Assembly (NCBI RefSeq): GCF_006345805.1
Contig: NC_042998.1
Coordinates: 79,360,001 to 79,424,000 of the forward strand
Direction of reading: 5' to 3'
From: Octopus sinensis
Lineage: Eukaryota
DNA: 64,000 nt
Part shown: positions 26,524-39,432 of the stretch, in pieces
Numbering within the stretch: the stretch's first letter is position 1
How the letters are laid out: every line of letters starts with the position of its first letter
Made by a program: the position numbers and the translations under genes
The notes under the pieces: model-generated
What the model was told of the DNA's origin: nothing
What the model saw: only the letters and a program-made list of their open reading frames with translations
The model's database searches: none

Positions 26524-26574
26524 TAATGTTCATAATTCCTCCTCTCTTAAACTGTATTATATATATCTTGGCTT

Positions 26575-26930
26575 TATCTTTTTCTTTTACTTGTTTCAGT
26601 CATTGGACTGTGGCCATGCTGGGACACTGCCATGAAGAGTTTAGTCGAGTAAATGGATCTCAGAAGTTATTTTCTTTTTGAGCCTAGTATGTATTCTGTC
26701 GAGCTCTTTTGCAGAACTTCTAATTTACGGTAACGTAAACAAAAGAACGCTGGTTGTCAAGTGGTGGAAGTGGGCAAACACAAACAAAAATTACTCACGC
26801 ATAAATATATACATGCACATAAACACATACGCACATACACGGACACAGTTTCCACTTACCAAATCAATTCACAGGGGTTTGGTATGCCCAGAGTCGTAAG
26901 TGGAAGTGGAATTGAACCCGGAAGCCATGC
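26575..26930 (-). mobile_element. SINE family B, degenerate
   Basis: CTTTTACTTGTTTCAGTCATTGGACTGTGGCCATGCTGG tail (rc) and ATTGAACCCGGAAGCCATG head remnant. Confidence 0.65.
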
Positions 26931-26934
26931 CCTT

Positions 26935-26971
<37 letters not shown>

Positions 26972-27039
26972 CTTAGATAACTTAGATGTGTTTCGACCAA
27001 AGGCTAGCCCAGGCCATGTCTAACTTAATAGTACCACCT

Positions 27040-28255
27040 GATAGGATTACCTAAATCCTTCTTAAGTCAAGTTTTGTGGTATCATGGCCCATTCATGTAG
27101 TGAGCTCTTGTTGAATGAGTTGTATCCAGGTATAGGTGGTTTATCTGGTATCTCTTGAAGAAATTTGTCCAGATCCCATTTAAAGGTGATGGGGGTCTTT
27201 TCCCTCTTTGATTTATTTGGGGCCAATGTTATTAGGGCAGGGCCTGTTGAGGGAAAGAAATTGTGTAGCAGTGTACTTATGTGTTGTGATCCTTAACAGG
27301 GTAGAGGACTATAGTACGTGGCCCTAGCTTTTGATGAATTCTGAAACTAACGTTAAGATTGTTTGGGCAATGCTGGTGGTATATTCTTCACATTATGTAA
27401 ATGATGTATTGCTCACGGCAGCGCTGGTGAGAACAGTTTCAATGATTTAAGGCAGTCCCAGTAATCGAGATCAGTCATGCCCTCTGAGGTGATTCGTTTC
27501 TCGAAATGTTGTTTCGTGTGGGGAGACCACAGGGGGCAGCAGTATTCTAGGTGTGGCCGTAAAAAGGAGGAGAAAAGAGGAATTATGACACCTTGTTCTC
27601 TGGACCGGAAGGTTCTTAGGATCCAGGAACTCACCTTGCGAACTATATTGACTTTATTGTTGATGTGGACACTCCAGTCGTGATTGTTGTCAGCAATTAC
27701 TCCTAGTCTCTGATATTATTAAATGCCGTGAGGGGTTTCCCTGATGGAAGAGAATGTGGTTGTTTTAGCATAGTCTTTTTTTTCTAAAATGCATCAGTTT
27801 AAATTTTCCCTCGTTTAGTCGCATTTTGTTTTTGTCTTACAGTGTAGATTAGACTGGAGTTCAGTTCAGCCTTCTCCTCCGTTGATAATTTTCTGAAGTT
27901 TGGAGTCATTGGCGAATATTTTCATTTTGTTGTGTTTGACGACGCTTGAAATGTCGTTTATATAGACTATAAACAGAAGCAGGACACCAGTGGTGACTTT
28001 TGCTGGGCTTCAGTGGATTCCACCGATCATAAAATGTTGTGTTCTGTTCTCCAGAAAATACTCAAGCCGGTGTAGTAGTTTTCCACGGATTGCAATATTT
28101 GACAATTTTGACAGTAGGATATTGTGGTCGACTCTGTCGAACGTTTTGCTATCAGAGTTCAAACCTGACTCGAAAGCTTTAAGGACATCATCGATGTAAT
28201 GTAAGAGTTTTGTTAGACAGTCCCTGCCGCAGCGAAAGTCATGCTGGTTAAAATT
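27040..28255 (-). mobile_element. CR1-group LINE, RT to 3' end, decayed
   Basis: QHDFRCGRDCLTKLL..SKTFDRVDHNILLSKL; MKIFANDSKL; WILRTFRSRE..LFSSFLRPHLEYCCPLWSPH. Confidence 0.85.
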
Positions 28256-28271
28256 AAGAACCTTTGGGAGG

Positions 28272-28512
28272 AAATTTATAAATTCTTAAATGCATTGCAA
28301 CGTACGTTTCCTCATGTTTTAGTTGCTCTATTCCCTATCCATAGGGTATTATAAATATGATTTGCACAATCCATAGATTTTAAGGGGAATGATAATACAT
28401 GTGTTCGTTTCTTCAGGCAAAAATCATGTTTGTAATATCCTATGGATAGGGAATATCACAACTAAAACATGAGGAAACATACGTTGCAATGCATTAAAAG
28501 ATTTATGAATTT
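28272..28512. mobile_element. MITE-like fold-back (92-bp arms, 57-bp spacer)
   Basis: AAATTTATAAATTCTTAAATGCATTGCAACGTACGTTTCCTCATGTTTTAGTTG.. mirrored at 28421-28512. Confidence 0.7.
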
Positions 28513-29350
28513 CTATCTAAAAGCTCTTGTCATTGCTATATTCATGATTTATGCAGTGACAGACGTGTTCCACAATTGTCAATTGTGGAACACGACTGTC
28601 ACTACAATAACCTGATGACTGCGTAACGAATGAAAGTACTAGTTTATTTCAATATTGTAAAATTATAAAATTGCAAAAATTACAAATAATAAAACGTGAA
28701 AATCAGACTGAGTTGGAAGTTCATTAATTAATATAGTGTTCTATATACAATTATATGTGTGTATGTGTGTGTGTATGTATGTATGTATGTATGTATGTAT
28801 GTATACAGCAGAGAGAGAGAGAGAAGAAAGCGAGAGAGAGAAAGGAATGAAAGAGAAGGAGGGAAGGTGGGTGGTAGGAAGGAAGGAAGGAAGATAGTGA
28901 GTGAGAGACAAGAGGGAGAGAGAGAAAGAGAGAGAGAAATTTCACGGTAAAACTTTACTTGAGTGCTAACTCAATACTGTTACTTTTAGAAGCTTGGACT
29001 GGGAAAGTACGTTTACAAGACTTCAAACGTTGTTTAGAGGAATGGAATGATACTCAGATGCAAGACACTCAGATAAGGAGAGGTGTGTATCTTGTATCTC
29101 ACTACATTCCTTCGAATATCGTATCAAGTCTTGTAGTTTAGTGTAACCTTACGCAGCCATATCCAAAATGGCAACTGATTACCGCCATTTTTAAGTGGAA
29201 AGCTTGATAAGTGTGATGCATCGCATGAAATTAATAGTAGCGTGGTAAATTCACAAATATATTTATGTGTACGTGTGTATGTATAGGTATGTGTGTATGT
29301 TTGTATGTGCATTATATATAATTATCACACGCACACATGCGCGCATATAT

Positions 29351-29396
<46 letters not shown>

Positions 29397-29613
29397 GATG
29401 TATTTGTGTGTTAGCCTTGGGTCAATCTGTTCGTGTACAATTCGACTTATTAAGGCGTTTCAGAAGAGACCATCTTATCTATGTTAATCAAGGCTATATT
29501 GTCCGATGTGTGCAGTTATTATTGTAAGACTTCGAGGTATTATTCGAAATAAATATGGCTGGTCTTTCAAGCATTCGAACGACCACATAGAATCTCCCTT
29601 CTAGGCTCATATC

Positions 29614-29656
<43 letters not shown>

Positions 29657-30710
29657 ATATATATATATTATATATATATAACGGGAAGCTTTATGAAAAT
29701 AGACAAAAGACGAAGGCAGGTGGAAAACAAACAAACAATTGTATTATATATATATATATATATACATATGCATATATAGGTACAGGACGTCGCCAACAGT
29801 AAACAACATGAAATACGAAAACAAATGAGTTCAATACGCAAGCAACGAGAGAAATAAATGGAAAACAGGACATGTAACACAAAGAACGATCCTTCATCAG
29901 TTGTCTATCTACTCCTCATTTCGAGCATTGAACGACAGTATGATTGGATGTAGAGATACAAAGATACGAAGACACCTGTTTCATAAAAGATAAATAGTAA
30001 AAAGAGCGCTAGCATACTTCTTGTAGCAAGTCAAAAAACAAAAATTATTAAAATTTCGGAGTTATTTTTCCCTACCTTTTTATCCAAGAATTAGTTATTT
30101 AAGACGCCATTGTTCTCATTTCTGAATGAGTAAATTAAGCCAATTAATATATATTGCCTTTATGTATCAGAACGTTGGCTCCACATTACAATACATACAA
30201 TGGGTTGTGTAGCAGTTTTCGCATCATGAAAATGTTGCTGCTTTTTGGTAAAAAAATGACTGTTTCAAGGGAAAATTCTAGATGGCTGGGGATTGAAATC
30301 TTATTATTGATTTGATTTTCTGTTAATTGCTTTTATACAATGGTGCAGCAAATCGTATAACGTTGCAATACATTTTTGTACAATACATGTGCACTAATGT
30401 GAATTTGTGAATGTACACATGGTTGCGGGTGCGTGTAAGAAAATATCGGAGAGTGGGTGGGTGTTTGCATATAGTAGATTGTATACGTACATATCGTCAT
30501 AACCACCACTGCTGATACATAGACACACCACGCACACACACACATACATTCATGCATACATAAATGTATACATACATGTATACATACATACATATACATA
30601 CATACATACATACATAAACATACATATATATTCACAAATGCATACTTGTATGTGTGTTTATGCACACACACCCATATATAAGCATGTTTTATACATATAT
30701 ATATATATGT

Positions 30711-30784
<74 letters not shown>

Positions 30785-31567
30785 ATATATATATATATGC
30801 ACATACACACATATAAGTATGCATTATACATATATGTGTGTATGTGTGTGTGTTTGTATACATATAGTTACACACGCGAACGGGGACACGCAGAAACACA
30901 TATACACATACACACACACACACACACGCACGTGCGTATAGATACATGAGGGGCTGCATGTATTATATATATATATATCTATAGTTATGTTTAACGTTGT
31001 TCCACTCTTTGGTTGATACCACATAGCGATATCGTTATGTCAATAAGACCTTCCAATGTAAACGGTATATCAGCAATTATATATTTCCCATATCAAATCC
31101 AAGTATTTGATATCATGATTTTGTTCTGTTATTTATTACAATGTTATGTTTGACTTTGCTTGTTTTATTTGTTTGTTGAAGATTTAGAATCTCTAATCTG
31201 CTTCTTCTCAAGGTCAAGGCATATCGGTGAAGGGAGTCATGAAGCAGAGGGTGCGGAAGAAAGGAGATAATAATATGCGAGAAAGAGAGAAAGGGAGAGA
31301 GAGAGAGAGAGAGAGAGGGGTGAAAAAGATGAATTTATCCAAAAAGGAAAACGGTAAACAGGATAGAAGTAGAAGAAGTAGTGAGTAAGGGATACAGAAT
31401 GTATGGAAAGAGTAAAGAGTAAGAAAAGTGAGTGTATACTTAGAAAAGCCTTAAGAGGGAAACAACCTTTGAAAGAGAAAGAACAGGATGATAGGGAGAT
31501 AAAGTTAAAGGACGATAACAGATTCACATATGCAAAGTCTGACAAAAATGACAAAATATTCACTAAA

Positions 31568-31650
<83 letters not shown>

Positions 31651-31770
31651 ATATATATATCACTTTACAAAGCTCCTCTGCGAGTATCGTCTAGAAGATT
31701 TTCTCCATTCCTAGTTATACCTGTTAATATCCGTTAATATCCGCAGAATTCATACAAAAGAAATTATAAT

Positions 31771-32560
31771 CCTTTTTACTCTAGGCACAAGGTCCGAACT
31801 TTTTTTTTTTTTTTTTTTGGTTGGGGAGTCAGTCGACTAGATTGACTCCAGTGCACAACTGGTACTTAATTTATTGATCCCGAAACGATGAAAAGCAAAG
31901 TCGACCTCGGCGATGAAAAGCAAAGTCGAACTCAGAACGTAAAGACAGACGAAATACCTATTTCTTTACTACCCACAAGGGGCTAAACACAGAGAGGACA
32001 AACAAGGACAGACAAACGGATTAAGTCGATTATATCGACCCTAGTGCGTAATTGGTACTTAATTTATCGACCCCGAAAGGATGAAAGGCAAAGTCGACCT
32101 CGGCGGAATTTGAACTTACAACGTAACGGCAGACGAAATACCTATTTCTTTACTACCCACAGGGGGCTAAACATAGAGAGGACAAACAAGGACAGATAAA
32201 CAGATTAAGTCGATTACATCGACCACAGTGCGTAACTGGTACTTAATTTATCGACCCCGAAAGGATGAAAGGCAAAGTCGACATCAGCGGAATTTGAACT
32301 CAGAACGTAGCGGCAGACGAAATACCTATTTCTTTACTACCCACAGGGGGCTAAACATAGAGAGGACAAACAAGGACAGATAAACAGATTAAGTCGATTA
32401 CATCGACCACAGTGCGTAACTGGTACTTAATTTATCGACCCCGAAAGGATGAAAGGCAAAGTCGACATCAGCGGAATTTGAACTCAGAACGTAGCGGCAG
32501 ACGAAATACCGCTAAGCATTTCGCCCGTCGTGCTAACATTTCTGCCAGCTCGCCGCCTTA
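31771..32560 (-). mobile_element. SINE family A multimer (head + 184-bp units), tail B, 17-bp TSD
   Basis: The junction word GAAATACC recurs at 31951, 32135, 32319 and 32503; TSD ACAAAAGAAATTATAAT at 31754-70 and 32561-77. Confidence 0.9.
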
Positions 32561-32861
32561 ACAAAAGAAATTATAATGCCAGGAGATGGAATGAGCGGGC
32601 TTTAATCTAAATCACGACAATTGTTTCTGTGCATTGGTATCAGCTACAAATTGAGAAGTATTTCACGCATTATGCACATTATTGCATTAATATAACCAAG
32701 AATACGTGTGCATCTCTATATCTTCAGGTGGGTAGCTCCGATGCATATATAAATATTAATCTTACAAATATGTGTATGTATATACGTATATATGAACATA
32801 TATGTATGCATATATATATATACATGCTTATATACATATATTCATGCATATATAAATATGA

Positions 32862-32925
<64 letters not shown>

Positions 32926-32950
32926 ATATATAGATATATATATATATATA

Positions 32951-32985
<35 letters not shown>

Positions 32986-33021
32986 TTATACATGTATATA
33001 CATATATTATATATATTGTAT

Positions 33022-33230
33022 TCAAAATGTGACCGCGTGTGTACCGTTGGCGATTTTTCCCTCCGTCTTCCTTCTCTGGATCTTTCCTTTTCCTATGTTT
33101 CTGACGAAGAGCTCCGCTCGAACGTAAAACCCTCCTTCTTCTCTTCCTTCATGAGCGTCCAATAATACTATATTTGTTCCACGTCCTTGCGTTGTGTTTG
33201 TCTTTGTGTTTTAATGTTTGGATTAACACT
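33022..33230 (+). mobile_element. ~210-bp hammerhead-bearing element in (TA)n (same family as 50421-50637); core lacks one A
   Basis: GTTT CTGACGA A GAGC TCC GCTC GAAC GTA AAAC at 33097-33130. Confidence 0.75.
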
Positions 33231-34654
33231 ATATATATATATATATAATATATATATATAATAATATATATCTATATATATATAATATATATTATATATA
33301 TATAATATATAATAGAAGTTCGATAACAAACAGTCAGAGGCTACAACTTTATCTATATCTATAAAACAGTCCTTGGACGAAAATTGTATGCACATTTTGC
33401 TTTGACGGTTAATGGCGGCCAACCTGAGGCTAGGATCAAGCTGAAAATTGGCAGGGATACTATGTGCGTGGTGAAGATGAGACCCGCGATGGTTAAAATT
33501 CGCAAGCTATAAAGATGTGGTCGGTATGGTAAAAAGAGTGATTTTTTATCGATTCAAGGCGGCCCAGTGCTCCTCTAAGTTTGTGCGATTGACTTTTAAA
33601 GCCCAGCGGCATGCACTGCGGGCTGTTGTGCTAAATAAACATACATTTTGTCGCGAAATTCCGGCTACTAGGAAACGATTGTTCATTGTGAAAAAACGAG
33701 TGCTTTTTGCCCTCATTTTCTTTTTAATCTTTTTATAAAAGTGAAAGGATTTCGTCTATTTATTTCTGCTGTCCACTTACGACGGTGATTCAGTTGACTA
33801 GGAAAACAATACGTGATGAATTTCCAATACCAAACTATCTTAATTTACATATTGAAACTGCATTAAACTTTGGCAAGCTTATCTTTACCTATTCTGAGAG
33901 ACTTGAAAGGTGATGTTCCCTTCCCTCTCTTCTGATTGTTGATACCTTTTTTTTTTTAACCTTTGATACCGTTGTTTCACTTTAAGGATGCTTCTTTACC
34001 CAGCCATTATGATATTTCGACTGCTGTCCATTGTTTCAAATAGGTTTTAGCATTGTCATTCTAGCCTTTTTTAAACACTCACATATGATTCGTCCCAAAG
34101 AATCAACCTTTAAATAAGAGTTTTGCTTCCACTAGTGAAAGGTATATGTATCTTTCAGGAAGCTCTATACCAATTTAACTTAATGCAGCATTCGCTGTTA
34201 GTTTATGTGCATGCTATGTGGGAAGATAGAATAAAGGGGTTTTGTAAGCTTTTCTCTCCGAAAAAAATAGCTTCCTTTGCTGTTGAAAAAATAAACTCGC
34301 AGAGGGGAAGCTTCAACATCTTCCTTCAATTTCCTTACACCATTCATGTGGCTGTTTCTAACAAGAAATTTCGCTGTCATGTAAAACAACTATATTTTGT
34401 AATCATTATCCGTAATCTACTCTCAAAGCACTCCAGTAGCTCCACTTTACATCACTTGCAAACTTATATGTTCAATGATAATCAAAGTGCAACGACCTCC
34501 ACAATAACCAGCCTTCAATTTGATTTTCCATTTCTAGGTTAATCGGAAACAGATTGCCATGCTACACATAAACCTTCTCGGTGGTTCAATTATTTGGTGA
34601 AAAAAATACCATGAAAGCAACTTAAACCGTCCAGAGAACGGGTACGTTTGCTAG

Positions 34655-34694
<40 letters not shown>

Positions 34695-34984
34695 ATACAT
34701 ATATATATGTATGTATATATACATACATATATATATATGTATGTATATGTATGTATGTATATATAAATATATATATATATGTATGTATGTTTGTATGTAT
34801 ATACATATAACGATTGATTAGATCGACATTAAAGAAGGTGAGGTAGATGCAAACTCAGTTGCTGGCTCCAGCAATCCTTCTCAAATCATGCAAACGAGCT
34901 CTTGCAAAACCACTGCAGCTTCTCATTCAGAGCTTCCTTGCAAGTGATAAGCTACCAGGAAAATTGAAGGAATGAATATGCCCT

Positions 34985-36385
34985 ATCCATAAGGGAAGAA
35001 GCCGAGCAGGTGCTAAAAACTATAGGCCTATCTCTCTGGCCTCACATCAGTACAGCCATGAACGAATGACCTGAAGGAAACTAATTCCATTCCTTGAAGA
35101 GCGTGGCTTGCTGACTGACCAGAACGGTTTTCAACCTGGTAAAAGCTGCCTAATACAACCCTTACAGCACCACCACTGAATGTTAAAGCAATTCAAATGA
35201 AGACGTAATATATATCTCGATTTCACACAAGCCTTTGATAATATCGACCATGGAACGATATGTCATAATCTGTGTGATATCGACATAGTCGGAAAAATTG
35301 GAGAGTGGCTACACGACTTTCTAAAAGATAGAAATCAGGTAATACTAGCCAACAGAGCTATCTCCGATGAAATGCAAGTAATGAGTAGTGTCCCACATGA
35401 CACTGTTTTGGTGTCACTGCTATTCATATTAGCCCTCTCAGACAGGCATTCAGTCTCTCAGAGAGCCACCTAGCTGTGCTGATTATACAAAAGTCTTACA
35501 TAAGAATACAGAACCCATCCTAGAGGGGTTGCACACCAGCAACAGGAGTTGGTTGCAATATACAAGTGGGCTGAGGACAGTAATATGCAGTTTAATGCTC
35601 AAAAACTCCAAGCTCTGTACTACAGGCTCACAAAGCTGAATGAAATTCAAACAGGATACACCGGCCCAGGAGAGATTGCAACCCCGGAATCAAAATCAGT
35701 CTGCACAGTCTGGGCATTGATATGAGAAATTATGTATCTTTTCAGCTGCATATTACTGAATTGCCAATAAAATGCAGGTGGCTGGCCGGATGGATCCTTA
35801 GAACTTTGAGAACGTGAGAACAGAAAACCATGCTGGGCTTCAGAGGATATTTGTTCTCTAGAGGACATTGTTCCCAACTAAGGCCATCACACACTGTAAA
35901 ATTAACGGTGGAACTCGATCAATCCAGCGAAGCTGCACGAAAATCATCTCAATTCGATATGTCAACTACTGGTAGAAGCTAAAAAAAGTTAAGATTCTAT
36001 TCCCTAGAATGAAGGCGGGAAATGTATGCAATGATATACATCTAGAAAATCCTGGAAAGATTGAAAGATATGCAAACAGTAGAATGGGGCGCCACTGCAT
36101 AGTGCCGAAAATCCGAACACTGCCATCAGATTACAGGTCCAGATACTGCAACAGCTTGGGTTTCAAGAGTCCACAGGTCTTCAATATTTTCCCAAGAGGG
36201 CCGAGGGACCTACATAGGGTGGATGTAAGTTTCTCCTTCTGTCAAGAGTTCCTGAGGAAACGCAGATAAGGCAGCAACATAAAACTCTTTCATTCACCAA
36301 ATGTCACGTATCTGAGGATGTTTCAAATAGTGAAAGCTAACGGCGGTGCTCCAGAATGGCTGCAGCTCTCGAGCTGAAACTAGTA
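34985..36385 (+). mobile_element. CR1-group LINE, RT to 3' tail, decayed
   Basis: KNYRPISL; DQNGFQPGKSCL; YLDFTQAFDNIDH; GKIGEWLHDFLKDRNQ; C-terminal RMGRHCIVPK..NSLGFKSPQVFN; 3' tail GGCGGTGCTCCAGAATGGCTGCAG..CTGAAACTAG. Confidence 0.85.
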
Positions 36386-36405
36386 TTATATATTTATGTG
36401 TGTCT

Positions 36406-36455
<50 letters not shown>

Positions 36456-36979
36456 TGTGTGTGTGTGTGTGTGTCTGTCTGTGTCTGTGTCTGTGTCGGT
36501 GTGTATGAAGGCTTTATATACTAGCTAACTGCTATTCTTATTGATTGGGAAAGAAACCGAATATTTGTCTCTGAAGAGCGGTTAACAAACCGGAAAATAG
36601 TATTTCATCCAGAGACAGTTTTTGTAATATTTAAATTTACTTCGTTTCTTCTGATGCACGATGCGTTGAGCTTTCCTACAGACACTCACTCTCTCTCTCT
36701 CTCCCCACTCCGTACACACACACACGTTTGTGGAGTGGAAGAATAAGAACAGGGAAGATGGATACACAGTTACTTTTTATAGAATTTATGTTATCTTTTG
36801 AATTCCCATCAGTATGAAATCTTAGGTTCGAGAAAGGTTACAGCGCACACACACAGACAAACACGCACACGCACACACACACACACACACACAACACACA
36901 CACACACACACACAAAAACACACACACACACACATAGGCACACACACATATAAAGATAGATATATACATAGCGAGAGAG

Positions 36980-37082
<103 letters not shown>

Positions 37083-37136
37083 GATGGCTGACAGGTAGAT
37101 ATTGTTAGAAGTAACAAGAGGTACAGTGGTGGAATG

Positions 37137-37363
37137 TAAGGCGGCGAGCTGGCAGAAACGTTAGCGCGCCGGACGAAATGCTGAGCGGTATTTCGTCTGC
37201 CGCTACGTTCTGAGTTCAAATTCTGCCGAGGTCGACTTTGCCTTTCATCCTTTCGGGGTCGATAAATTAAGTACCAGTTACGCACTGGGGTCGATGTAAT
37301 CGACTTAATGTCTGTCCTTGTTTGTTCCCTCTGTGCTTAGCCCCTTGTGGGTAATAAAGAAAT
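37137..37363 (+). mobile_element. SINE family A monomer, tail A, 18-bp TSD
   Basis: Head GGCGGCGAGCTGGCAGAA; B box GAGTTCAAATTC; TSD AGGTACAGTGGTGGAATG at 37119-36 and 37364-81. Confidence 0.9.
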
Positions 37364-37599
37364 AGGTACAGTGGTGGAATGAAGAATTCAATGCGTCATG
37401 GTTATAGATTAAGCAGCCGTACAGACACACACCACACACACAGACACGCACACACACACACACACACACACACTCACAGGCACGCACGCACACGCACGCA
37501 CACATACACATATGTAGACATACATGTGATACGATTTTAAAATATACACGCTCATAATGGACTTTCAACATGCCCAATAATAAACAGTAGCCTCTATTA

Positions 37600-37670
37600 T
37601 ACTGGCTCCGGCCGGAGAGAAATGTTCCTGACCGGACTACAGTCTACGCGCATGCGCGACCATAAATAAC
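37600..37670. promoter_or_regulatory. Short GC-rich palindrome cluster with NRF1-like site; candidate promoter/enhancer
   Basis: CTCCGGCCGGAG (37606-17), GACTACAGTC (37635-44), CGCGCATGCGCG (37647-58), CATAAATA; no linked exon identified. Confidence 0.25.
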
Positions 37671-37797
37671 CTGTCATTTGAATTTCTATTTGGCAAATAT
37701 TGCATGTTCGTATATCTCTACAACTTCCAGCCTATACTTCACCATCTCTTTTTATTTTAATTTTTTTTTTTTTTTTTTAATATTTTTCATGTATCAA

Positions 37798-38175
37798 GGC
37801 GGCGAGCTGGCAGAAATGTTAGCACGCCTATTTCGTCTGTCTTTATGTTCTGAGATCAAATTCTCCCGAGGTCGACTTTGCTTTTCATCCTTTCGGGGTC
37901 GATAAATTAAGTACCAGTTACGCACTGGGGTCGATATAATCGACTTAATCCCTTTGTCTGTCCTTGTTTGTCCACTCTATGTTTAGCCCCTTGTGGGTAG
38001 TAAAAAAATAGGTATTTCGTCTGTCTTTACGTTCTGAGTTCAAATTCCACCGAGGTCGACTTTGTCTTTCATCCGTTCGGGATCGATAAATTAAGTACCA
38101 GTTGCGTACTGGGGTCAGTCTAATCGACTGGACCACTCCCCAAAAATTTCGGGCTTTGTGTCTAGAGTAGAAAAA
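37798..38175 (+). mobile_element. SINE family A dimer, terminal tail B
   Basis: Head; unit; junction AAATAGGTATTTCGTCTG; second unit ends GGGCTTTGTGTCTAGAGTAGAAAA. Confidence 0.85.
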
Positions 38176-39310
38176 AATATTTTTCATGTGTTTATCATTA
38201 TTTTTTTAGTATTAAATGCACGTTCTGTTAAAATATCTCATCTTGTCGCTGCCTGCATTAAATTTTACATATTCAACTGTTGCATGATTTGCCGGTGTTC
38301 TACTAAGAATATATTTTTTATTGCTAGGCATACCTACACATGTGTGCCCACCGACCGACTTTGCTTTCTTATAACTTCTAGACTAATGGATACTTTTTAA
38401 TGATATTTTCTACAAATATGGAAAAAATGGTGGGCTCGCACACATACATACTGACACATATCACATATTTAAACTTAAAATTTCGAAAAAGATTACAATT
38501 GTGATGTGTGTCATGTATGTGTGCGTGTTCACCATTTTTTTTTTTCTTTTTACATCATATTCTGATGCAACAACCTCCAACATAATCAGAATCTACATCA
38601 TCTGAAGCGCATTTGCAGACAATTTGATTAAAAACATCCATTTTTTGGAAGTTATGAGGAAGCGAAGTCGTGAGGGCCCGTTTGTGTATGCCCATTACTT
38701 TAACAACGGTAAGTATACTTTTAATATGTTCCTATTCGAGATAAGTGATACTAAGGCGACATTACTATTAAATATCTACATATCGGCTTGCTTCACTTCA
38801 TTTCCATTTAGTATGTAACAATATTTGTTTACATAGCTGCATGTTATATGTAAACAAACAATACACATCTTTCGTTCGGTTTACATCAAAAGGGCAACAT
38901 TAGTGTGAATGAGATGGGCTCAATTTTTCCATCCACATAAAGGTAGTTAGTATAACAGTATTTACGATGATATTGTGCTTAGTAACGAATGCAGTATTAA
39001 AAATAAATCGAAGTGTGTGCGCGTGTACATATATATATGTATATGTATGTAGTATATATATATACATATATACTTATATACATATATACATATATTTGCA
39101 TGTGTGTATGTATGTATGTAAATATGTATAAGAGAAATAACTTAGAATAGCCAACAAAGACGTATAAAAGTATGGATTTGCTGAAAATCTCTCCGCTTCC
39201 AGAGAGGGTAGGCCAATCGTCTAGTGGTGAGTGGTACTAACTCCAAATGAAAAAGTGTGATAATCTCAAGAACCAAAAATTCTTTGTGGCATTGAACTGT
39301 CTGGATTGTT

Positions 39311-39432
39311 AGAAGAAGAAGAAGAAGAAGAAGAAGAAGAAGAAGAAGAAGAAGAAGAAGAAGAAGAAGAAGAAGAAGAAGAAGAAGAAGAAGAAGAAGA
39401 AGAAGAAGAAGAAGAAGAAGAAGAAGAAGAAG
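39311..39432. repeat. Pure (GAA)n array, ~40 units
   Basis: Direct read. Confidence 0.95.

Noticed and set aside
31771-32560. CRISPR-like regular repeats
   Set aside because: These are full 184-bp SINE units with no unique spacers, in eukaryotic context with no cas genes.
33400-33950. Possible DNA-transposon end (similar impression at 57960-58250)
   Set aside because: No matching TIR, TSD or ORF is demonstrable within the window.
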